DNA from: a virus | Taxonomy: Duplodnaviria > Caudoviricetes | DNA length: 38,267 nucleotides | Virus record (IMG/VR): IMGVR_UViG_3300011335_000514 | Span: 1-38,267 of that record | Direction: 5' to 3' (one strand) | In this document: in pieces, positions 8,533 to 17,432 of the stretch | Position numbering within the stretch: position 1 is the stretch's first letter | How the letters are laid out: the number at the start of each line of letters is the position of its first letter | The notes under the pieces: generated by a model | Told to the model about the DNA's origin: nothing | Database searches by the model: none | What the model saw: only the letters and a program-made list of their open reading frames with translations | Made by a program: the position numbers and the translations under genes

Positions 8533-9944
8533 GGGTTTTCCTTTGGGTTAAATAGTATCCGAAGATGTTCTTCGGAATAGGTTGCTGATTCAAGATGTAT
8601 AGATATAGTTCTACGAACTTTATCGAAGTCAAACAAATATCGGGTAGTGGCTTCACTGATATCTATTTTCAACATTGCGGCTAACTTTATCAATTGATCT
8701 AAGTCTAATGTATTGTAGAGGTCTCGCGAAGATTTGTCAATGACTTGTGCATCACATAATCGCCAAAGATGCCGTCCAGAATAGTTTTTCGATTCTAAAT
8801 GTGCAGCTATGGTTCTTCGCACCTTTTTGATATTAAATTCACGTTTGGTCTTATCTTGGCTGATGTCTACATTTAAAATTTCAGCCAAGTGTATCAGCTT
8901 ATCTAAATTTAGTTCATTGAAGCGATCTTGTACAGTAATTTTTTCTTGTTCTCTATTTTTCTCTTCTTCTATCTTCTTACGGCGTATGTCCTCTTCTACA
9001 AATTGAGGCAATCGAAAAACACCTGCCAATGCTTGCCCTCCTCGGATACTATCGAGTTTTCCCGGTTTGCCTAATTCTAACCAAGCAGTGCCCGACTGGT
9101 CACGATAGTCATAAACTATTTGGTAGTCCATTGATTGTATATGTTGGCGTATCAATCTTCCGGGTGTGTAACAAGAGGAATAGTGTTCAACAGACCCCAC
9201 GGATCTCCATTGATCACAATCATTGAAACTGAATAAAAAAGTGCCGCCTGGACGCAGTAACAAAAATATTTCGTCTAAATATTGTCGAATGATTTCTAAT
9301 GGTTTATACTCAAAATAATGAAACGCATATACAAATCCAAACTGTGTCTGCGGAAGGTTCCAAAAAATATTGTCAGAAGTATACTCCTTGATCACATAAT
9401 ATTGTAATCTACGCTGGTATTCTGGTGTAAACAATGTTCGAATTGGTGACAACAGATCTTGATGAGTGTCTACAAGATACAATGGGTCCAGTGCCACTAG
9501 ATTTTCAATGCCAGGGCAATGCGCCGGCCTCAAGACCATGCCCGGATACTGCCAACTGGTATAGGATTTTAATCTGTCAGAGAGAAATTTTTCAGTGGCA
9601 CTATCTAGAGATCGAGTTCGATTGATTATCCAATCTGGAGTATCAAATTTCATATTCTCTTGATAGCGAGTGGTACTTTCCAAAAAATATTCTGGTTCTC
9701 GTTGTTCGATCAACGCCTGCACATCTCCACGAAGTTTTTTTAATTCTTCTTCGTATTGCTTTAGAGATGTTTCTAAGTTCTCTTGTATTGATATCAGTGC
9801 AGCCGCATGATCGCCAGCCTGTATTTCACTATGTTGTACAGCATGAGTGATCTTGGTCACTTCGGCCATAGACGGGGATATGGCCTTTTTCACACTAAGA
9901 GTGTCTAGATGATTTAGATATCGGACTATGTCGCTGAGTTTCAT
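8529..9944 (-). CDS. Class I SAM-methyltransferase-like protein with N-terminal coiled coil and duplicated C-terminal domain
   Basis: QFGFVYAFHYFEY...IRQYLDEIFLLLRPGGTFLFSF matches MTase motif IV-V (L.PGG); the glycine-rich motif I is degenerate (VLRPAHCP). Confidence 0.55.
   Translation of the reverse strand: MKLSDIVRYLNHLDTLSVKKAISPSMAEVTKITHAVQHSEIQAGDHAAALISIQENLETSLKQYEEELKKLRGDVQALIEQREPEYFLESTTRYQENMKFDTPDWIINRTRSLDSATEKFLSDRLKSYTSWQYPGMVLRPAHCPGIENLVALDPLYLVDTHQDLLSPIRTLFTPEYQRRLQYYVIKEYTSDNIFWNLPQTQFGFVYAFHYFEYKPLEIIRQYLDEIFLLLRPGGTFLFSFNDCDQWRSVGSVEHYSSCYTPGRLIRQHIQSMDYQIVYDYRDQSGTAWLELGKPGKLDSIRGGQALAGVFRLPQFVEEDIRRKKIEEEKNREQEKITVQDRFNELNLDKLIHLAEILNVDISQDKTKREFNIKKVRRTIAAHLESKNYSGRHLWRLCDAQVIDKSSRDLYNTLDLDQLIKLAAMLKIDISEATTRYLFDFDKVRRTISIHLESATYSEEHLRILFNPKENP
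8553..8925 (-). repeat. Two ~56-aa tandem protein repeats
   Basis: RFNELNLDKLIHLAEILNVDISQDKTKREFNIKKVRRTIAAHLESKNYSGRHLWRL (about 8758-8925) versus LYNTLDLDQLIKLAAMLKIDISEATTRYLFDFDKVRRTISIHLESATYSEEHLRIL (about 8553-8720). Confidence 0.85.
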
Positions 9945-12607
9945 TCGAAAGAAAATAAACTAGTAAATGTATTTGCTGTGTTGGTACTGGATTTCAAGTC
10001 CCATCCCAACACACCCAAGAGATTGTCAATCTTCTGATCCACCACAGTGGTTTCCATCTCACCATCATCAAACGGTAAATCTTTGAACCATTGTGGCAAA
10101 TGCATTTCGTCTGTGGGATACCCGATGCTGGTCCAGCCCAGGGGATTCGGCTTGAGTTTGCACACAATGGTCTTCATGCCATCCACTACCTGCATTGAAT
10201 AGTTGTCTGAATTCATGCGTCGTAGATTGTTCCAGTTCAGTGCCGCTCGCACATGTCCGGGCATGTTGGCTTTGCCCAGGCGTTCTTCTTCTTTTCTGTA
10301 TTTGGTCAAGTTGTTCACACGCTTGGGACTGCCCTTCTCCCAACCTGGTCTTTCCATGAATACATATTTGAATTCTCTTATGCGTTCCACGATCTCTTCT
10401 CTCTGTGTTCCTGTTAGAACCTTATTTAGAATCTCACTGAGGAACTCTTGAATAATCACAGGTGTGTCTGACCGTTTCAAATCCAGCCCCATGGCCTTGA
10501 CCTTGCCGGGCTTGCCGTTCACATCCACACGCTTGTTCTCTTTGTCGATGTACAGCACAGCATAACGCTTCTTGGTGATGAACAAGCCAGTTCTGGCAAC
10601 GATCTCTCGACCGCCACGGATCACTGAACCCATCTCTCTTGGACTGTGGAATGCTTGTTCCATGAAGCCAGGAAATGATTCATTGACCTGATCTGCGATT
10701 GAGTTGTACAGCGCGATACAAGTCTCAGCAGACCAGTCCATGCGTCCTTCTGTGACTTCTTTCTCTAACATAGGCCATGCTGAGAAGTAACACGAGTCTG
10801 TGTCACCATAGATAATGCTTTTACCAGTGTGGTCATATTCTCCTGTTATGCATTCATTCACATAAGCATCCATGTGCTTGGCGATTGTGCGTCCTACCAG
10901 TGTGGTTGATTGACCGATACGCTTATCAAAGAATCTGCAGCCCGGATTCAAGATAGCGCCATACAAACTGTTCAAGTTAATCTTCTTGACTAGCTGACGC
11001 TTGTCCCAGTATTCAAACTGCACATCGTCCTTGCCTTCGTACTCTCGGGCTTTCTTCTGCATGTCTTTGCGTTCACTATACCAACGCTTGAGCAAACCTG
11101 GGATCACTGCTTCCTTCTCGTATGTGAAGATGGTGCCGTTGGCTGACAAGATCCAAGGTTGATTAGAATCAAAGATCATCTTCCATATCTCTGCACCAGA
11201 GTGTATGGTCTCTGCACCATCCTGCCAGTCTATAGTGATCTCTGTGCCGCGTTGTTGTTCCATCACGGCGGTGTATTCAAGACTGGAGAACAATCCCTCC
11301 CAAGCAGCAGCAAAGCTGTCTCCTTTGGCCATTTTATCCTTGATCAGCCTATCGGTCATTATGGGCCGAAGTTGACCGACAATGGTTTCCGGCCCCATGT
11401 TGAGGGCCCTAATAGCACTGGGATAGAGCGAGTTGATGTCGATGGAACCGATCCATTCGTGGATGCCTTTTTTGGGATAAGCAACATAGGCACCTGCGGC
11501 TTGCGTGTCTTCATCTGAGAGTCTTTCTTTACGGTTGGGAACTACCATACCACGCTCATGAGCTTCCACGATAATGGCCTGCTCAGTCACCGCTACTGCA
11601 CCCATTGTGGTTTGCAGTAGCACGGTATTTTCATGCGCCAGGGTGTTGGCTAGACTCAAGAAACGCAGTTTCTTATCCAGCTTGCCTATCAACATTGTGT
11701 CCTGGCGATTATAATCAATAAAGGTTTTGAAGTTCTGGTTGTAAAGTTGATCCAAGGTGCCTTCAAAGGCAGTCTTGCGACCAATCTCTTCGTATTCGCC
11801 GATGGCATCTAAACTGTAACTGTGCCGCTCTTCGTAAGTGTATTTGCGATACAGTTGCATATAGTCCATATGCACACGACCTACCAAGTCAAAGGTTTCG
11901 TTCTCTGCACCGAAGCGTTCGAACATGCGTTGCTTGGGGAATTGATTCCACAGACACATACGCCGGGTATCATCCTTGCTCAACACTCTGCTGATACGAT
12001 TCACTGTGTAAGGTATGTCATAGCCTTCGGAGTTCCATCCAGTAAGGATGTCTGCATCCTGGATCAAGTCCAGGAATGAATTCAGCATGTCTGCTTCTTG
12101 TTCGAACACAAAGCAGTTGTCAAATTCTCTAGCGATGTCTTGTGCAGTCTCTATGCTCATATGTCGAGGTGGTACAACCAGGGTGACCAGTTGGTCCAAC
12201 CAGTCCATATACACAGAGATCGCTGTGACAGGATTGAATGGATCGCTCACTGGAGAGAATCCGCGTTCTGGATCAAAGTCTACTTCGATGTCGAAAAATG
12301 CTGTGTGTAGTCGAGGACCATCCTGGCCTTTGTAGTTGTCCTCCAAGCAGCGGAAGATAGGATTGATGTCACTCTCATAAATTTTCTTGCTGGAGTGCAT
12401 ACGCACTTCTTTGCGGAACTCTTTGTTGTTCTTTGAGGAAAATCTTGCCACAGGTGTGCCATAGATTGATTGGAACTTGCCTCGCGGGTCATCGTAGTAG
12501 AACACATAGTTGGCCGGATATTCTCGATAGACTCTTTGCCCATCTTTCCTCTCAACCACATGTATGCGATCGTGTGCTCGATCATAAAGTGCGTCAACGT
12601 AACTCAT
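9941..12607 (-). CDS. Family B DNA polymerase with 3'-5' exonuclease (T4 gp43-like)
   Basis: ExoI FFDIE, ExoII GWNSEGYDIPY, ExoIII YNRQD, motif A DINSLYPS, motif B KKINLNSLYG, motif C YGDTDS, KKRYA; GGAGA RBS at 12611-12615. Confidence 0.97.
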   Translation of the reverse strand: MSYVDALYDRAHDRIHVVERKDGQRVYREYPANYVFYYDDPRGKFQSIYGTPVARFSSKNNKEFRKEVRMHSSKKIYESDINPIFRCLEDNYKGQDGPRLHTAFFDIEVDFDPERGFSPVSDPFNPVTAISVYMDWLDQLVTLVVPPRHMSIETAQDIAREFDNCFVFEQEADMLNSFLDLIQDADILTGWNSEGYDIPYTVNRISRVLSKDDTRRMCLWNQFPKQRMFERFGAENETFDLVGRVHMDYMQLYRKYTYEERHSYSLDAIGEYEEIGRKTAFEGTLDQLYNQNFKTFIDYNRQDTMLIGKLDKKLRFLSLANTLAHENTVLLQTTMGAVAVTEQAIIVEAHERGMVVPNRKERLSDEDTQAAGAYVAYPKKGIHEWIGSIDINSLYPSAIRALNMGPETIVGQLRPIMTDRLIKDKMAKGDSFAAAWEGLFSSLEYTAVMEQQRGTEITIDWQDGAETIHSGAEIWKMIFDSNQPWILSANGTIFTYEKEAVIPGLLKRWYSERKDMQKKAREYEGKDDVQFEYWDKRQLVKKINLNSLYGAILNPGCRFFDKRIGQSTTLVGRTIAKHMDAYVNECITGEYDHTGKSIIYGDTDSCYFSAWPMLEKEVTEGRMDWSAETCIALYNSIADQVNESFPGFMEQAFHSPREMGSVIRGGREIVARTGLFITKKRYAVLYIDKENKRVDVNGKPGKVKAMGLDLKRSDTPVIIQEFLSEILNKVLTGTQREEIVERIREFKYVFMERPGWEKGSPKRVNNLTKYRKEEERLGKANMPGHVRAALNWNNLRRMNSDNYSMQVVDGMKTIVCKLKPNPLGWTSIGYPTDEMHLPQWFKDLPFDDGEMETTVVDQKIDNLLGVLGWDLKSSTNTANTFTSLFSFE

Positions 12608-12662
12608 CTATCTCCAATTATGGCTGGTAGGCCGTGATTCATGTTCGTAAAGTGAACGACTC
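12608..12662 (-). promoter_or_regulatory. Structured leader upstream of the polymerase RBS (candidate translational operator)
   Basis: mRNA sense GTCGTTCACTTTACGAACATGAATCACGGCCTACCAGCCATAATTGGAGATAG-ATG: a GTTC/GAAC hairpin plus a GGC/GCC stem whose loop CCA can pair with the TGG overlapping the RBS. Confidence 0.35.
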
Positions 12663-12971
12663 TCAATTGCTTTGCATTAACAATTTGATCAGCCCTGCGC
12701 TGTCGATTATACTTAGTATTAGATAGTTGCCCAGGATGCCAAAGCTGCCACGAGTATATGAACACCACGCCATGATCAAGCATCCGGTGATAAATGCCAT
12801 GTACAAAGGTATGAATGGCAAGTTAGGCACAGTGATTGCATAGGTTAAGCTACATCCTAGTGATATTGCCCATCCCACTAGTTCCAAACAGAATCGCAAT
12901 GGATATGTACGAAAATCTGCTCGCACATAATCCGCTACGCTGGCACGCCATTCGGCAAAACTTTGTGTCAA
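12663..12971 (-). CDS. Small integral membrane protein (about 3 TM segments)
   Basis: Three hydrophobic stretches in 102 aa; ATGA-type coupling to the upstream gene. Confidence 0.7.
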   Translation of the reverse strand: MTQSFAEWRASVADYVRADFRTYPLRFCLELVGWAISLGCSLTYAITVPNLPFIPLYMAFITGCLIMAWCSYTRGSFGILGNYLILSIIDSAGLIKLLMQSN

Positions 12972-13222
12972 AGAGTCTTGCCTACAGTTTCCAAGATAGT
13001 TTCTAGCTGTTCGTGATCTTGTTTGGCTTTACCAAATTCGGCTTTGTGTGCCAGTTTGATAGCCTTCTTCAGCACAGCAGGTTTGATCTCCAATTCTTCG
13101 GCAATGGCTTTGATGGTATCGTTGAGTCCTGCACTGAGTGTGTCCACTTCGTGCATGACCTGCATGCCTTCGTTGATGATCTGTGTGAGTTTGATCTTCT
13201 GATCGCCGTTAAATGTTTTCAT
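12968..13222 (-). CDS. T4 DsbA / GapR-like dsDNA-binding protein
   Basis: 84 aa, all helical; KLTQIINEG...LNDTIKAIAEELEIKPAVLKKAIKLAHK resembles T4 DsbA (LAKFIKEA...IKDIRIRAKDELGVDGKMFNRLLALYHK) as recalled; GGAG RBS upstream. Confidence 0.65.
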   Translation of the reverse strand: MKTFNGDQKIKLTQIINEGMQVMHEVDTLSAGLNDTIKAIAEELEIKPAVLKKAIKLAHKAEFGKAKQDHEQLETILETVGKTL

Positions 13223-13236
13223 TGAGTATCTCCAGT

Positions 13237-13260
13237 AAAAACACAGTATAACAACTGTGT
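13237..13260 (-). terminator. Hairpin plus U-tract at the end of the late block
   Basis: ACACAGT-TGTTAT-ACTGTGT followed by TTTT on the minus strand, 29 nt after the stop of the 1380-aa ORF. The stem is AT-rich, so it would be a weak terminator. Confidence 0.45.
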
Positions 13261-13273
13261 GAGATTATCACAA
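13245..13273 (-). promoter_or_regulatory. Sigma70-type promoter for the replication/modification block
   Basis: TTGTGA (13273-13268), 17-bp spacer, TATACT (13250-13245), with an extended -10 TGn. Confidence 0.7.
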
Positions 13274-13288
13274 GAGTTTTTGGCTAAC

Positions 13289-16200
13289 TCAACGACTGTT
13301 TACAATCCGGGCCATGAGTGCTCTGCGAGCAGCACGACTTTCATCAACCTTCTTAGCATCGTTGTCAAACTGTTTCTTCGTGGCTTGCACCATGCCGCTG
13401 AGTCGTTTGTCACCGCGTTTGAAATCACCAGCCTGATCGGCTTTCTTAGCATCCTTGGCAGCGGCTGTTTTGTATTGACTCAACTTGTTGGTGCTGAGTT
13501 CGTTGATCGGTGCTGTTCGTTGTGATGGATCTCGACTCATTGGATTCGCATTCGGTCCAGTTGGTAATTCTTCTGGTGTCACATACGGTGTATCATCAGT
13601 GGGGAGTTTTGCGGTAGCTGGATTTTTTTTCATATTCTGTATCGCAGTATTAAAGCGATTGATATATGCTTTAAAACTTTCAGCAGTCAACTGTCGTGAC
13701 ATGTATTTTTTATACATTTCCTGCTGGTCTGGTTCAGTGCTATCTTTCATTGCCAACATTCCTTGTTGGAATTTTTGAGCAAAATCGGGCTCATTGACAA
13801 TGTCTGCAAATAGTTCTGATACTTCGCCGCCCAGACTGCCAACAGCAGCAGTTATAGCAGCATCTGCGTTTCCTTTGCGGCCGGCCCAGGCCGCTCTAGC
13901 ACCGGCTTTTATGGCTATCCAACCAGTTTCAAGTTTATCTAAGAATGACATACCAGCGGCATTGGCTAAATCATTTATTCCGCTTGCAGCCGTCATTACT
14001 CCGCCTACATTATCTCCTTGGTTAAATTTATCAATCGCTGTCTTGCCCTTGGCCTGCCCGGCTTCCATGTCTTTGAGTCGTGCTTGCTGTGTCGCTGTAG
14101 GTATCGCAGGAGCAGCCGGCGCTTCACCCAGTCTCCTTGTACCTTTGCGTTCGCTGACTGGTGCCGCAGCGGCCGCTTTTGCCATTGGTGTTTCACCTGG
14201 TTTTGCCGCTGGTGCAGGCGCTGCAGGTGTTGCTGGCTTTGCTGCTGCTGGTGCTGCGGGTTGAGCAGTCGGTTGTGCTCCTGGCAAATTTTTAGATAAT
14301 GCACCCTGATCTGGGGCTTGTACAATTTTAGAACCTGGCGGTACTTGGCTTAGAGGGATTTTACCTAACTGTTGTATACCTCCATTTGCGTCAACAGGAA
14401 CAGCCATATCACCTTGTTGTTGATAGGTAGTGTACATCTGTGTAATCTTAGCACCCTTGGGTACTTGGCTTAGGGGTATTTTAGCTAACTGTTGTATACC
14501 TCCATTTGCGTCAATAGGAACAGCCATATCACCTTGTTGTTGATAGGTAGTATATCTTGGTACTATCTTGGTACCAGGGGGTAATTGACTTACAGGCATC
14601 GCAAATAAGTTTCCTTGTCTGACACCATTCTTGAGAGGAACTGCCATATTACCTTCTTGTTCCCAACTATCGAAATTATATTCATCTGCATCGTCAGCCG
14701 CCGCTGGTTGTGCAGGTGCAGCGGGTGCAGCAGGCGCAGCGGGTGCAGCAGGTGCGTTAGTAGTCCATTGCTTGGTTGCGGCATTGTATGTTTTGGCATA
14801 CTGACGATTGCTCTGCGGCGCAGGTTTTGCCGGAGCAGCGGGCGCCGCTGGTGCTGCTGGCATTGCTGGTGCGTCAATTTCTTTCAATGGTTTCTTGGCT
14901 CGTTCATCATCCACTTGCTGTTGTGTTTTTTTACCACTTAGAATGTCGGACATTTCTGCAGGGGTATAGTTGGTTTGTGCCTCGTCCACTCGTTTCATGT
15001 CCTTGCGGATTGCTGCTTTGACCTTGCCGTATTTCTTCATGAAGTCAGCGTCCGACATGGTTTTGAGATCGTCGGCCAATTCTTTCACACGGCCTTCTTG
15101 GACCATGGCTGCTTGAAGTTTCTTCATCAACGGGGGAAATGGAGACTTCATCTGCGGATCCATACCAATGCTGCCTGTTGTATCATCCCATTCGCTAGGT
15201 GCAGATTTGACTGTTTTCATATATTCGGCCCGATCTCCCATGAGCCTACCAGCGTCGGCTGGTAATGACGGAGCACCACCATGCATACGAGCAGATCCCG
15301 CTTGCATTGCCTTTTCCCAAGCCTTTGGATTTTTTACCCTAACATCATCAAATTTGTTTTTTACAGCAGCAATCGCAGATTGCCCAGCCATTTTTGCCAT
15401 CTTGATTCCTGGAGTAGTGCTAGCCAGTTCGAACGGAACAGTTGAGTAAATCTCTTGGTTTTCCTTGACATCTTTTTTCTTGTGTGAATCTTGAAAGGCT
15501 CGGGTCAACATGTCCGCTGCGTCTTTAGTTGCTTTTTTAGCAGAGATAGGTTTGGCTTCTCGATCAGGACCTGGGCGAGGACCGGTATCACGGCCTGCAC
15601 TGGGTTCACTCTTGTCCATCTCTGTCAAGCCTTCGGGTATGTCTTGCTTAGACTTAATAATATTTCTGATGTCAGTTGCGTTTACCCACCGCTTAATTTC
15701 ACTTCGAGGATAATAGGCTTTTGACCCATATCTAGATGTAAGGCCTTCAACCTTCTTAGGAAAATTTCCTATTGACAAAGCAAGTTGCTGTAGTTCTTTA
15801 GGACTCACACCTAATTTTTCAGCAACTTCTTGGAAACTCCAGGTTGGCTCTTTCCAACCTGGATGCTTCATATCTCCAGGAATAGTAATACCTCTGAGTT
15901 CTGGCGAAGAACTATTATTAGATGTAGACTTTTTGTAGACATCGTAGCCCGCCAAGCCTTCCGCCACACCTTGAGATTCAATGTAAATGGTCTTATGTAT
16001 CTTATGTTTAGTCTTCTTTTGCCCGGTCGCTGGCGTCGACACACCTCGCAGATTGCCGTCCCACACATCTCGCGAATCATCCATGTCATCAGTCATGTTA
16101 TCAAGCTCATCTTGTGTCACACCAGCGATCTCCAGGGCTGTGTCCCATAATTCGTATGCATCGTCGGGCGAAAGACTACGCAGAGCCATCCGTATTTGTT

Positions 16201-17431
16201 TTGATACCGGGGTCTTAAACCCACGGCCGATCTCTTTCAAATCGACCCATAGTTCGCGGGGATCGTCTACCGAATGCCCCATCAACGCTTGAATCAGTGC
16301 ATCTTTTGCAGGATCATCAGTGCCTTCTGTGATACCTTGCTCTTCCACCCGGCCAGCATTGTGTGCTTTCCATGCTGTGGCAAAAGCGATGCCTTTTTCT
16401 CGAGGAGTCAGTTTACCATCCTTAGCATAGCCCTGTTTAATATGTCGGACCATGCGTTCGGCCCGGGCACCTGGGGGGGCAACTTCCGCCATGCCTTGCT
16501 CTTCATCGTCAACATTACTAGCAATATTGTATTTCTTGGCCAGTTCCTTCTTTAAATCTTTCAGTTTGTATATCTCTACATAAGCGGCCGTTCTCAGAGA
16601 TTTTCTTACTAAGGATAACGCCCACATATCCTTGGTCTTTTTTCGTTGATTTATATATTTTTCTTTGTCGGCAGGGTCGGTAATTAGATCTATAAAAGCC
16701 TGGTCGTCGCCAAACATTGTACCTTCCCCAAGCGGATTTCGAAGTTTGTCCAGGCTCCGGAAGCGATTCTTCTTGTGGCTGAATTTTCTTAGACCGCTTT
16801 CACTATACGCTTGATTGGCATCCACAGGAGCAGCCGCAGGACCACTGAGAGCATCGTATTGTGCTTCGGCATCGATACCTTTGGCTTTCAATGCAGCAGC
16901 CATCCTTGCTATTTCTGCAGGTACCGTGGCCAACTTGGCGGCATGTGCTGGATCACGACTCACTGCGGTATTTCCACCTCCACCGGTCATGGTTTGATAA
17001 CTGTCGTATTGTGCTCTTAGTCGGTTGTATGCCAATTGCTCAGGCGATGCTATGGCATCTTCTTTTACTGCTGGTAGAGCAGTTTGTTTGGATTGTTTGG
17101 CACGAATCTGGTCGGCCATTGCATCCATTTCTCTTTCCTCATCACTCTGAGGACTCATGGCTCCACGATTTTTCATGTTCAGGATCCGACCTTGATAACT
17201 CGCCTTTAAGGTGGTGAAATACAAACCTTTGGATTCTAGCATTTTTTTCATGTAATCCAAGGCCTGATTCATCTGAGATCCCATACTACCTTGGAATTGT
17301 CCAGTGAGATCAACTTCCTTGTCTATTGGTTCACCACCAGTAGACATTGGCTCTATCCTTACTGATACAATCAGCTTACTGGGATCTGCTGCTTCAAAAA
17401 TCGGGCGGGTGAATAGTTGGTCGAGGATCAT
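13289..17431 (-). CDS. 1380-aa mosaic protein, putative protease-processed internal virion polyprotein
   Basis: Unrelated short modules bounded by IFE, VKE, LGE, MAE, ITE, VAE, LTE, VKE, VQE, VDE, LKE, VSE, LGE, INE and VDE; includes an AlpA-like HTH, Ala/Pro linkers and three 40-aa repeats. Confidence 0.7.
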   Translation of the reverse strand: MILDQLFTRPIFEAADPSKLIVSVRIEPMSTGGEPIDKEVDLTGQFQGSMGSQMNQALDYMKKMLESKGLYFTTLKASYQGRILNMKNRGAMSPQSDEEREMDAMADQIRAKQSKQTALPAVKEDAIASPEQLAYNRLRAQYDSYQTMTGGGGNTAVSRDPAHAAKLATVPAEIARMAAALKAKGIDAEAQYDALSGPAAAPVDANQAYSESGLRKFSHKKNRFRSLDKLRNPLGEGTMFGDDQAFIDLITDPADKEKYINQRKKTKDMWALSLVRKSLRTAAYVEIYKLKDLKKELAKKYNIASNVDDEEQGMAEVAPPGARAERMVRHIKQGYAKDGKLTPREKGIAFATAWKAHNAGRVEEQGITEGTDDPAKDALIQALMGHSVDDPRELWVDLKEIGRGFKTPVSKQIRMALRSLSPDDAYELWDTALEIAGVTQDELDNMTDDMDDSRDVWDGNLRGVSTPATGQKKTKHKIHKTIYIESQGVAEGLAGYDVYKKSTSNNSSSPELRGITIPGDMKHPGWKEPTWSFQEVAEKLGVSPKELQQLALSIGNFPKKVEGLTSRYGSKAYYPRSEIKRWVNATDIRNIIKSKQDIPEGLTEMDKSEPSAGRDTGPRPGPDREAKPISAKKATKDAADMLTRAFQDSHKKKDVKENQEIYSTVPFELASTTPGIKMAKMAGQSAIAAVKNKFDDVRVKNPKAWEKAMQAGSARMHGGAPSLPADAGRLMGDRAEYMKTVKSAPSEWDDTTGSIGMDPQMKSPFPPLMKKLQAAMVQEGRVKELADDLKTMSDADFMKKYGKVKAAIRKDMKRVDEAQTNYTPAEMSDILSGKKTQQQVDDERAKKPLKEIDAPAMPAAPAAPAAPAKPAPQSNRQYAKTYNAATKQWTTNAPAAPAAPAAPAAPAQPAAADDADEYNFDSWEQEGNMAVPLKNGVRQGNLFAMPVSQLPPGTKIVPRYTTYQQQGDMAVPIDANGGIQQLAKIPLSQVPKGAKITQMYTTYQQQGDMAVPVDANGGIQQLGKIPLSQVPPGSKIVQAPDQGALSKNLPGAQPTAQPAAPAAAKPATPAAPAPAAKPGETPMAKAAAAAPVSERKGTRRLGEAPAAPAIPTATQQARLKDMEAGQAKGKTAIDKFNQGDNVGGVMTAASGINDLANAAGMSFLDKLETGWIAIKAGARAAWAGRKGNADAAITAAVGSLGGEVSELFADIVNEPDFAQKFQQGMLAMKDSTEPDQQEMYKKYMSRQLTAESFKAYINRFNTAIQNMKKNPATAKLPTDDTPYVTPEELPTGPNANPMSRDPSQRTAPINELSTNKLSQYKTAAAKDAKKADQAGDFKRGDKRLSGMVQATKKQFDNDAKKVDESRAARRALMARIVNSR
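14341..14670. repeat. 120-bp period intragenic tandem repeat (three 40-aa units)
   Basis: 14341-14431 and 14461-14551 differ at 4 of 91 positions; a diverged third copy lies at about 14581-14670. Protein unit YQQQGDMAVP(I/V)DANGGIQQL.KIPLSQVP.G.KI. Confidence 0.95.
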
Positions 17432-17432
17432 G

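Noticed and set aside
9941-12607. Intein or intron in the DNA polymerase
   Set aside because: The 888-aa ORF has all motifs at normal spacing, with no splice-junction or homing endonuclease motifs.
12608-12662. PreQ1 riboswitch upstream of the polymerase
   Set aside because: It is tempting given the deazaguanine genes, but the sequence lacks the preQ1-I loop consensus and A-rich tail; only a generic structure is claimed.
14341-14670. Possible CRISPR array or DGR template/variable repeat pair
   Set aside because: The units are in-frame 120-bp coding repeats without unique spacers; mismatches are not adenine-specific; no cas or reverse transcriptase gene is in the window.
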